64,000 nucleotides of DNA from an uncultured archaeon (GTDB lineage Archaea; Asgardarchaeota; Thorarchaeia; Thorarchaeales; Thorarchaeaceae). Positions 39,517-49,900 of this stretch are shown here, piece by piece. The translations under genes were made by a program, and so were the position numbers. The stretch's first letter is position 1, and every line of letters begins with the position of its first letter. The notes below the pieces were generated by a model that worked only from the letters and a program-made list of their open reading frames with translations, had not been told where the DNA came from and did not search any database. The stretch covers positions 128,001-192,000 of the forward strand of contig CAZLEV010000003.1 in NCBI GenBank assembly GCA_964558645.1, read 5' to 3'.

Positions 39517-42500
39517 TTGGGTATCATCGCGATTGCGACGAACAAGGATACCCTTAAGCAGATGGTGAGCAAAACCGTTGATAATTTCGTTTCTGAACTT
39601 GGCGATATTCCCACTATGGTCAAGAATGTGATCAAGTTCCTTGATACCGAAGATTCCTTCCCGACCTCAGCCGGTCCAGTGGCTCTTGCAGCAGACGGCG
39701 AACTAGAAACGATTCTTGACACTGCCGGTGAGATTGTTGGCGGTGTCTTTCAGATGGTCCAGGGAATCAAGGGCCAGAGCTTTCAGGGTGTCATGCAGGC
39801 TGTTCTGATGAGTGCTGGTTCTCTTGTAGGGAGCTTCCCAGCATTTGATGATGTTCCAATCGACGCAGTACTCAAGCTTTTCCAGTCCTTCTTCCCCAAG
39901 GCATTCGGCCTAGATCAAGATGACATGCCGAGCGCGGCCACGATAGTTCAGGAAATCCTCGATCTTGCAGAGGGGCTCATTGGAGGGTCACTCGATCTTG
40001 GAATGGTGCAGGAGATTCTCACTTTCTTCATGGATATCAAAGGCATCTTTACGAATGGCGTTGAGTGGCTCTTGGGTAAGGTGTTTGACTGGCTAAGCGG
40101 CCTGCTCAGTCCAATTCTTCAGGACATTGAGAATTCGATTGCCGGTCTCTTTGAAGGGCTCGATGACCTGCTAGGCTTCTCTGGGAGTCTTCCTATTGGC
40201 CTTGGTGATTGGTCCCTGTTTGATCTGACCTACGCCCTGGGAATCCGTGCGAACTTTGCCATCGACCTTACTCCGATATTTGACATGATCGTGAGCATGA
40301 TATTCGATGCCCGTGAAGTCTTCGCCATTGAGAATCTGGGCAAGTTCTTCAAGCAGCTGTTCTCATTCTTCGAGATCAGTCCACAGTTCTATGCAGAACT
40401 CGGTGTAGGTGGCTTCGATACAGAGAAGAACCCCCTCATGAAGACCATGCTTACAACTCTTGGTCTTGAGCTCTCCTTTGAGGGTAGCGCCAAGTTCGTG
40501 CTTAATCTATTCACCTTTAGGAATGGCCAGTTCGAATTCGAGAACTTCTTCAAGGTTGTTGAGTGGGGCCTCCATATCAAGATTCATCTCGGCAAAGTCT
40601 TCACACTGCTTGACTTCCTCACCGCCGGTGTCGGTGGAGGGGCACTCAACGCGGTTGCAGAGTTTCTAGGGCTGGACTCTATCAAGGTCGAGGTCTATTT
40701 CGACATTCTGATTGATATCATCAAGAAGGCAGCTTCGGCAAACCAGCCCGAAGTATCCAGCATGACACTCACAATAATATTCGGCGTGGCCATACATATC
40801 CCTATCGAGCTAATCATCGTTGCGATCACTATTGACGGGTCACTGGAGATCATACTCACTTTCTTCCAGGATTTCGCTAACCCCGCTCCTATGAAGATTA
40901 CATTGCGTCTCATCTTCACCGTTAAGGTGAAGTTCCGATTCCTGTTTGTATCCGATACTGCCAAATTCACTTGGGAGCCTGGCGGCCCGTGGGACCTATC
41001 ACCGAACAAGGGTGAGGCCGAGTACACCGAATCCGGGGTAGGATTCGACTCGGACGGTGACGGTCTATCAGATGAGTATGAGGATAGCATACCCGGCCTT
41101 GACAAGAATAACCCTGACACCGACGGTGATGGTGCCAATGACAAGCTAGAAGTAATGACCATGGGCACTGATCCCGTCAATCCTGACAGTGATGGGGACG
41201 GTCTGCTTGACGGCGAAGAATGGGATTTGGGCACGAATCCGATGCGAGAAGACAGCGACTGGGATGGCATAAGCGATTATGACGAGGTACGAGTCTATGG
41301 GACCGACCCTCTCTGTCAAGATACGGACGGCGACGGGCTGAGTGATTACTATGAGATTCACACCAAGATAGATATCAGCGGTGTCACACCAACCGTGACA
41401 GAGGTCATCATCGGAGGCGTTTCTTACAATGATCGAACGGATCCTCTAAATCCGGATACTGATGGTGATGGTCTACTTGATGGTGACGAGGGCCCGATGG
41501 GTGCCTACTATGGTGACCCTGCCCTGTATAATGACACTGAAGATGAGGATACCGGTTGGGCTATGGATCCAGACCCGCTCATCTTCAATGGGGGATACAC
41601 TCATCCGCTTGACGCCGATACGGACGATGACAGTTATCTCCAGCTCTACAACGGAGTGGTTGACTCTCAAGCGCTCCTGTTCCTCAAAGACATGAACGAC
41701 GGAGCTGAGGTCGCAGGCTTCTGGATCATTGTCTACGATGAGGAGGGCGAGCCCGAGAGGAAACGGGTTTTCACGAATCCTTGTAACCCGGATAGCGATG
41801 GAGATACAGGTGTCACCGACAGAACGCCGCAGCCGGGCGCATGGTTGAACTCCGACGGATACGAGCTCGCACAAGTGCCGCCTACAGATCCCACAAACGG
41901 CGATTCCGACGGCGATGGGCTGTTGGATGGACTCGAGGGAGTTCTCAGCCAGTATAGCAATCACACTGACCCGAATAATCCCGATACAGATGGAGATGGA
42001 TTGTTTGATATGCAGGAGGTACTACTTGGTACTGATCCAAGATGTGCTGATTCCGACGGTGACATGATCAGTGATGGTGACGAGTTCTACATATACTTCA
42101 CAAATCCACTTCTCTGGGATACCGACTTTGACGGACTCGGTGATGGTGAAGAGGTGTTCTTCTGGCATACGAACCCGCTGATTGACGATTCGGATGGAGA
42201 CCGGCTACTCGACGGGGATGAGGTTCTCATATATGGAACGGATCCAATGGACGAAGACACCGACAATGACGGTCTCACGGACTTTGAAGAGGTCATGATT
42301 TGGTACACTGACGGTTTTGTGTACGATACCGATGGGGACGGACTATCGGATGGAGAGGAGGTGAAGCTCTACGGAACAGACCCTCTATCGTGGGATACTG
42401 ACGGGGACTCAATCACAGAGCCGAATGAACACGGTGAGATGACCTTCCCGCTCAGCGACTATCATGAGGTCATGATATACCACACTAATGCAACAGACGC

Positions 42501-43995
42501 TGATTCAGACCAAGATGGCTTACGCGACTCCATTGAGCTCTATCTGGCTTCAGGGCTGATTCCCTGGATGGATCCGATTCCGCTTGATCCCAACCTCAAG
42601 GACACTGACGGCGACCTGCTACCTGATGGTTCTGAGCTGGCTATCCAGAATGTTTCTGGCCTCATCTACCCATATCGTGCAATGACACTTGTCTTTCGCT
42701 ACAACACGTCACCTGTCAATGCCGATACTGATGGAGACCTCCTCACAGACTACCAAGAGGTGATGGTGTTCAACACGTTACCGTATAACAACGATACAGA
42801 CAACGACACACTCACCGACTATCAGGAGATATGGATATACAACACATCAGCCCTGACAAATGATACTGACGGTGACGGTCTGTATGATTTCGAGGAGACG
42901 TTGGTGGAGGTTTATCCGTATGGGCCATGGCCTCCGGACAACTGGAGCATAGGAATGGAGCCCAGCGAGTTCTTCACAGCTGCAGACTGGGATATAGCAG
43001 ATGTTGACTACGCTAGTCTGCCTCAGTTTGAGTTGGCCCAAGAACCGCTCTACCCCACGCTTGCGACAGATCCTGACTCGGATGATGATTGGTTGCCGGA
43101 TGGTGCTGAGGTTCACTTCTATCATACAAATCCAATGGACAGTGATACCGACGGTGACGGCATAGAGGATGGGATGGAGTTTGACACCGACTTTGACGGG
43201 CTTGAGGATGGACTGGAGTTCAAACTCGGTCTGCATAGAGTTGGAGGTGGAATATTCAATCCGGACTCAGACGGTGACGGAATTCCAGATGGAGCAGAAT
43301 ACTACATATACGGGACCGACCCGGGGAACCCGGACACCGATGGTGACGGCTATCCCGATGGTTTGGAGATTATGATTGGGACTGACCCCTTGGTTGAAAC
43401 GACTCGAACAGAGTATGAGTATGCTCTGGCAGTGAAACGGGGCGATTCAACCATGGACATTCTCATGCCGCTGGGTGCTGTCAAGAATGCTCGGACCGTG
43501 GATGTGAACGTCCTCAACTTCACTCCCTTTGAAGAGATGTGGTTCAGATACAACACCACTGACGGCTGGAGTGAGAACACCTCCATGACGTACAACCCTG
43601 CGACCATGACATGGAGTCATACTACCATTGAGTGGGAAGAAGGAGGATACGTCTTGCAGGTGTTCGGACTGGACACAGAGGGCGAGACCCATGCGGCTCA
43701 GCGATACTTCAGTGTGGCCGCCGTGCCGACTTATCCCGAACCTCTGAACCCGCTCATCATGTTGGCCATCGGGATTGGCGTCGGCATCTTTGCAGTTCTC
43801 TTCATCCTGTTCGGTATCCCCCTGATACGGGACTACTGGCGGAAACGGCAGGAGGCGAAGGCTGCCGAGGCTCCGCCTGAGGAAACGGTGGAGACTGCCG
43901 AGGAATCGACCAGCAAGAAGAAGACATCCAGTAAGAAGAAGACATCCACCAAGAAGAAGCCAAGCTCTGAGAAGAGCAAGAAGGGAGGTGCGTAG
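39517..43995 (+). CDS. Giant surface protein, C-terminal part: helical region, long beta-strand region, TSP3-like Ca2+-binding repeats, Ig-like domain, TM, Lys-rich tail
   Basis: No SD or signal peptide of its own; frame open from 39367; about 26 DxDxDGxxDxxE repeats; TM LIMLAIGIGVGIFAVLFILFGIPLI. Confidence 0.8.
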   Translation: MGIIAIATNKDTLKQMVSKTVDNFVSELGDIPTMVKNVIKFLDTEDSFPTSAGPVALAADGELETILDTAGEIVGGVFQMVQGIKGQSFQGVMQAVLMSAGSLVGSFPAFDDVPIDAVLKLFQSFFPKAFGLDQDDMPSAATIVQEILDLAEGLIGGSLDLGMVQEILTFFMDIKGIFTNGVEWLLGKVFDWLSGLLSPILQDIENSIAGLFEGLDDLLGFSGSLPIGLGDWSLFDLTYALGIRANFAIDLTPIFDMIVSMIFDAREVFAIENLGKFFKQLFSFFEISPQFYAELGVGGFDTEKNPLMKTMLTTLGLELSFEGSAKFVLNLFTFRNGQFEFENFFKVVEWGLHIKIHLGKVFTLLDFLTAGVGGGALNAVAEFLGLDSIKVEVYFDILIDIIKKAASANQPEVSSMTLTIIFGVAIHIPIELIIVAITIDGSLEIILTFFQDFANPAPMKITLRLIFTVKVKFRFLFVSDTAKFTWEPGGPWDLSPNKGEAEYTESGVGFDSDGDGLSDEYEDSIPGLDKNNPDTDGDGANDKLEVMTMGTDPVNPDSDGDGLLDGEEWDLGTNPMREDSDWDGISDYDEVRVYGTDPLCQDTDGDGLSDYYEIHTKIDISGVTPTVTEVIIGGVSYNDRTDPLNPDTDGDGLLDGDEGPMGAYYGDPALYNDTEDEDTGWAMDPDPLIFNGGYTHPLDADTDDDSYLQLYNGVVDSQALLFLKDMNDGAEVAGFWIIVYDEEGEPERKRVFTNPCNPDSDGDTGVTDRTPQPGAWLNSDGYELAQVPPTDPTNGDSDGDGLLDGLEGVLSQYSNHTDPNNPDTDGDGLFDMQEVLLGTDPRCADSDGDMISDGDEFYIYFTNPLLWDTDFDGLGDGEEVFFWHTNPLIDDSDGDRLLDGDEVLIYGTDPMDEDTDNDGLTDFEEVMIWYTDGFVYDTDGDGLSDGEEVKLYGTDPLSWDTDGDSITEPNEHGEMTFPLSDYHEVMIYHTNATDADSDQDGLRDSIELYLASGLIPWMDPIPLDPNLKDTDGDLLPDGSELAIQNVSGLIYPYRAMTLVFRYNTSPVNADTDGDLLTDYQEVMVFNTLPYNNDTDNDTLTDYQEIWIYNTSALTNDTDGDGLYDFEETLVEVYPYGPWPPDNWSIGMEPSEFFTAADWDIADVDYASLPQFELAQEPLYPTLATDPDSDDDWLPDGAEVHFYHTNPMDSDTDGDGIEDGMEFDTDFDGLEDGLEFKLGLHRVGGGIFNPDSDGDGIPDGAEYYIYGTDPGNPDTDGDGYPDGLEIMIGTDPLVETTRTEYEYALAVKRGDSTMDILMPLGAVKNARTVDVNVLNFTPFEEMWFRYNTTDGWSENTSMTYNPATMTWSHTTIEWEEGGYVLQVFGLDTEGETHAAQRYFSVAAVPTYPEPLNPLIMLAIGIGVGIFAVLFILFGIPLIRDYWRKRQEAKAAEAPPEETVETAEESTSKKKTSSKKKTSTKKKPSSEKSKKGGA
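41047..43392 (+). repeat. Coding TSP3-like Ca2+-binding repeats (DT/SDGDGLxDxxE...GTDP)
   Basis: About 26 copies counted by eye, some degenerate. Confidence 0.85.
43915..43959 (+). repeat. 18-bp tandem repeat encoding KKKTSS/T
   Basis: AAGAAGAAGACATCCA at 43915 and 43933, plus a partial third copy at 43951. Confidence 0.8.
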
Positions 43996-43996
43996 A

Positions 43997-46900
43997 GTGA
44001 AGAAGCAGATACTAACCCTCGTGTTCATGACGGTAATGATGGTCGGTGCGTTCGGCATCATTCCTGTAATCCCGGTCACTACTACTGCTATTGATAGTGA
44101 GGACATGCTGACCACACCAACGGGTCTTTGGGACGATGTTCCCGATGACTTACGGCCGTCAATAGAGAGCCTGATGGCAGGGATGGATCAGACACTGCCT
44201 GCAGATAAGGACATAGGCCTAGTCCTCGGTGACAGGATGAACGACTACAGGGTGACCTACGAACCCTGGAAGTCGAAGGCGGCCATCCACGCTATAGCAT
44301 ATGACGAGGGTACTGGCTTCCTTGCACTGGGAGGCGGGTACCTCTATGATAATCAGGTGCATATCTTCCGTTTGAATACTGAGACCAAACTCTGGGACAA
44401 GGTCTGGGACACAGGCGATGGTATCTTCGGCAGTGATGTAATGGCTCTGGACTTTGGGGACACGGACCTTAACGATTTCATTGAGATTGTTGCAGGGTGC
44501 GCCGATGGGCACGTGTATGTCTTTGAGCAGCGGCATATCTACGACCCCTATGCCAATACGGAGAACCAGTTCGATCATGTCTGGACCAGTCCTAACATGT
44601 TCCGTGTCTTCGATGTCAAGGTAGATGATATAGACCGTGACTACAGGCCAGACATCATAGCTGGTGGCTGGGATGGCAAGATACACATCTTTGAGTACAG
44701 TAATCACTCGGGTTATCCCTTCACCGAGGAACATTGGATAACCTATGATGAGGTTTCAACCCTCGAAGTCGGAAAGAACGAGAGAATCTACTCCATAGAA
44801 ACAGGTGATACCAACTACAATGGCCTTCCAGAGATAATATGCGGCACCCGGGAGGGGACGGTCTACGTCTTTGAGAACGATGGTCTGGTTATGATGATCA
44901 ATGGGCAGCCCTTCCCGCTGATAAACGACAACAATTACTACTTGAATTGGAGCAGCGAGAACTACACTTGGACACCGATACTGTCGATGTCTGTGGGAGA
45001 ACTCGACGGTACCCCCGGTGACGAGATAGCCCTTGTCGCACAGGGCCAGGGTGTCTTCACCCTCGATTGGAACGAACTCAGGGGCACATACGACTACGAG
45101 AAGGTCTATCGTGACTACGAAGAGTGGGAGACCTTCGGCTTCTGGCAGCTTGATTTCTATGTTGACCGCGTTGTCGAGGCGAATAACGTGACCTATCACG
45201 ATCCAGTGAATGCATCTCTACATGTCGACGAACCGATACAATACGAGTGGAACGAAGGACTGGGGATATTTTTGCCAGATGCAAGTGTATACCCGTATAA
45301 CTCAGGCATGGCCGGCCCGAATACACTCCAGAGCGGCGCCGATGGCAACTTCTCCACCTTTGATTCGTCGATAGCTGGTGTATCCAACTGTACGGCAGTA
45401 CTTGACTTCGGCCAGGATGAGGAAGGTACTGGTGGGGCGAACGACCGGGCTGATGTCATGATATACTTCAAATCAGGGACGAGTCTGAACCTTGCTGAGA
45501 TGCCGAATCACTTCAACTTCAGCATTTCAAAGGATGGTGATGAGTTCGAGCAGGTCTCCTTGGACCATGCCTGGGCTCTCTTCAGCACAATGTACATAGA
45601 TGTGGATGATGCGCTGTCCCGTCGGAAGTGGGACTACTTCCGTTACGTCAAGATTTCTGTGTTCAATGATGCAGTGTACGATATCAATGGTCTGCAACTC
45701 GTTCAGGTGTACAACACGCTTACCGACGCAATAAGTGTGGAGATTGGTCCGCTACGAATGGATGGAATGTCCTATCTATCAGGAACATCGGAACCCAACA
45801 AGATCCTTGCCGGGACCGTTACAGGCGAGCTGATTGCCATTCAGTATAACTCCACGCAGAACGACTACGACATAATCTGGGAGAGTTGGGACGATGACTT
45901 CTATACATTTGGCGCCAACATCTGGGATATGGAGTATGTGGGCAACACACCCAATGTACCAACTTGGAATTGGCAATATGGAATGATCTGGAATCCCGTA
46001 GGTGCAAACACCTACAACTCGTGGAGCTACGGTGTCCTTAATCCATGGCAGTTTGGGTCGGCCACTTTCAATTACTTCATGGGCACAAACGAAGGAGAGA
46101 TTCGGGCATTCACGGTCCCTGATGTGGTTCCGATTGGCTCATCACCTCTGATAGATCCTGTGACAGATGGGTACTTCAGCAGCATCAATTCTTGGCTTGC
46201 ATCTAACGATTGGGTCAATGTTTCAGTGGAAGCGCCATGGTTCATCCAGAACGATCTCGGAACGAACCATCCAATGATAGCTCTTGGTGTGTTCAATCCC
46301 GATGTTTCTATCGAGAATATTCCACTGACAGATTTTGCTGATGCACCTACGCGAGCAGCCGTGATGTTTTACTACCGCGAAGATGACACAAGCAATTTCA
46401 TCATGCGTAGGGATCTCTATAAGATGGACACAACGGGCGAGCTTGTCAATCAAATCAATCTTGCTCGAGCTCCTCCGAAGCTGGACTTCGCGGACTTCGA
46501 CAAGGACGGAGACCTTGACTTCGTGGTGTCCAATGGCTACTTGTACATGGCCCGCAACATGTGGATGGAGACTGAAGGCCCAGACCAGACGCTCAACTTC
46601 ACCTTGGTGAGAGGCTATTTCGATGACATAAACAACAAAGCGACCAGCAAGATTTGGGGTCAGCCCGAGCTTGTTGACATCGACTCCGATGGTGACATGG
46701 ATCTCATCCTCAGCTATGCAAACAGCAAAGGAGCAACCTGCTGGATTAACGAGGGTACTAAGGACAATCCTATCTGGGTCGAGGATAAGCAGGTCATGTC
46801 GAATCCTAGACCTGAGACGAATATGAAGTATCAGAACTTCACAGATGTGCGTATCGTGCCTAAGATGGGTGCTTACTACTCCGGATATACCATGGAACGC

Positions 46901-49900
46901 TGGTATGAACTGAACGGTTGGGAGATGGATTTCGATTGGACCATTGCCGGCTATCGGCCTTGGAACCAACGTATCGCTTGGGCGACTCCCGAGTTTGACA
47001 CAACCGAGAGCTACATTGTGGCCAGCTATCCACGAGTTGCCCAGCTTGACTTCAGCCTCATGAGTAATGCTGTCAGCGGTCTCAGAGCTCACATCAATAT
47101 TGGTTTCCATGTACATGAGTCATGGAGCAACGATGATGACCTTAAGGACTGGACCCTTGCCATCACGTCAGCTGATGTCGACAACGATGGAAAAGGAGAG
47201 CTGATTGTGGGTGACTATGACAACAATGTGTATGCCTTTGAGCATCTGGGGAACAACACGTACAAACGTATGTTCCGGTCCTTTGACCTCAATCACACGG
47301 TTAGCACGGACGCTTCGCCATATCTGCATGAAGAGCTTGAGGGTATCTCCGGTGACTTCAATCGGAGGATATGGGACCATGCGAAACACTTGGTTGCAGG
47401 TGTGGACCTTGATCAAGATGGGCTACGTGAAATCATCGTGGCAGCCAATCTACAGGTATACATCTTTGAAGAGGTTGGTCTCTTTGGTGGTGACGAAGTC
47501 AGGTTCGTCTATTCCTTCGACTTGCGTGACACAGAGTGGAGCGACAGACCGGCGTGGGACCTGGTGACCGAGATTACCGCCATGGCTGCAGGAGATGATC
47601 TCGACCATAACGGAGAACTGGAGCTTGCTGTGGCTGCTGGACCCTACCTATTCATCTACAATGTCCCCGAGGGAACCTTCGATAACATGGAGGACCGTGA
47701 GTACTTCGTCACAAGCCCATCGCTTGAGGGTCGATACTTCCTTGTAGGAAACCCAGAACTGATTGATTTCAGGTACTATGAGATCAGCACACTGGTGCTC
47801 TGCGATACAGATCAAGATGGCTACAGAGAGGTCATCCTTGGGGGAACAGAAGATGTTAGACTACAGCGACCCAACGGTTTTGCTCACATCTACGAGTGCC
47901 AGGGTGGCACCTTCTACAAGGTCTGGGAGGCTCCGATTGAGGTAACTTATTGGAACCCTGTGTCGGTCATCAAATTGGATGATCAAGACTATGATGGAGC
48001 TCAGGAGATCATCATTGGCCATACCTTTGGATTCGACATGTGGGAGTGGATACCCGGCACAGATTCAGAATATCAGAAGGTTGAGTACGTGACTTCTTCA
48101 CCCAATTATCCAAAGGTGCCGCTTACCACGACATACGCCAGCGGTGATAACGCTCTGGATTCTGTTGAGACCGAGCGGTCTATCAAGGACATGGCACGTG
48201 GAGTGACTGGAGCTTGGTCGGACTACATCTTGATGGTCTACGAGAACTCAACAGAGATCTGGTACAAGCTCTACAATGAACCCAATGACCTCTGGTCCTA
48301 TGGTGCCAGATTCAGTACTCTCACCGGTCTTGCATATAGCGGAAACAGCAGTCCGATAGTCAAAGAGACACGTCCAACGGTTATATTCAACGAACCAGAG
48401 GGTGACATCTACGTTGCTTGGGAGGCTGAAGACAGCGGCGGAATTCGATATCTTGCTCTTGTTTGGGGCGACATTGGTGTGGGGTGGAACGGTATCAAGC
48501 TCTTTCAGGACTTCAGCGGAATCGGTGGGTGGACACGTCGCTACTATCCAAGTGTGTTCCAATTCAACTCAACCCATGTTGGATTGGCGTGCACCTACGA
48601 CAGCTACTCCGCCCTATTCCCGGGAACATACAGCTACGGCCGTGTGGCAGTCTACATCACGCCTGATGACCTCTCTGGCGGCTGGACATCCATGCCCGTC
48701 AACTTCAACGACAGAACGTACTTCCAAGCCCATGATGTAGACATCATCAGGCTACACGATGATGATGCTGATGGTAACTACTCTTTCGCCATAGCAATGT
48801 CTGCAGTCTATACGAGGTCTGCGAAGGCAGACCATGATGTGTGGGTGGTTGTGTGTGATGATGACTCGAACTTCAACTGGACCGGTGCCAATCCTCACCA
48901 GGCCACGACATCGTTCGATGACGAGATGTTTGTTGACATTGACCAGTCGCAGTCAGAGGAGCATGCCCTCATGGTGATATACGAAAGTATGGGTGTACCT
49001 CTTGAAGACCGTATCGGCATGGTTTCGAGTACAACGCTGGGCAGAGAGTGGAATCTTGAGAATACACTGAATACCATCCCGGAGTACATCATTCGCACTG
49101 AGATGCCCAGCGGATACATACACTATTCGTACGGCGGTTCTCCTTGGCCAATCTATAAGCTCTCGGCCTTCTCACCAGATCTCCTTGCCATGGACGGCTC
49201 TGGGTTCATGTATACATGCACATTCTCGTATGCATTCTACTTCCCACCTGGATATGTCGGCGACCTAGGTTTCTGGTACACAGGTCATGACATTGTCTAC
49301 GGCATCAATCCACAGTCTGATTGGACAATGAACCATCTGAGGGATGTGGTTGACCTCGATACAGGCGACACTGACGCCGATGGGCGACGTGAAGTAATCG
49401 TGGGCTTTGACAATCAAGTTGGAGTCTATGAGATGAAGCACTCGACGAATGGTACCGGCTTCATGACATATGAAGAGGCTTGGCTGTCTGATGCGTTCCA
49501 GAATCCAGTGACGGGTGTTACGGTCTACGATACTAACGGAAACGGCTGGGACGAGATTGGCATAGCAACAGAACGAGGTGATGTCTACATCTGGGAATAT
49601 GTTGATCCGTCCGAGGGTGCGGTGGAGCTCTGGTACTCCGAGCAGTTGTGGACGACTCCCACAGACGGCAATGCAGCCCTCATGTACTGGGCTGACCTCA
49701 TCGATGCCTACGATGTAGACGGAGATGGCTACGATGAGATATTCACAGCCAATCCGGATATCGGAAGAGTGGCTGCATACCATCCAAATGGCAGTCTGTT
49801 CTGGGAGAACACTGACGCAGGCGATGGCTTCAACTGCTTCCTGTTGTCAGACCTGAACAATGATACGGTACCCGAGATACTTGCTGGTTCTGATGACACG

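Noticed and set aside
41047-43392. Recurrent GAYACNGAYGGNGAYGG DNA repeats resembling a CRISPR or repeat array
   Set aside because: They are synonymous-variable coding repeats in frame, with no identical direct repeats and no cas genes.
38675-43446. RGD tripeptides (FRGDL, KRGDS) in the partner of the FG-GAP protein, suggesting integrin ligands
   Set aside because: Expected by chance in a >2000-aa Asp/Gly-rich protein; the FG-GAP protein also has one, and no integrin-beta MIDAS domain is visible.
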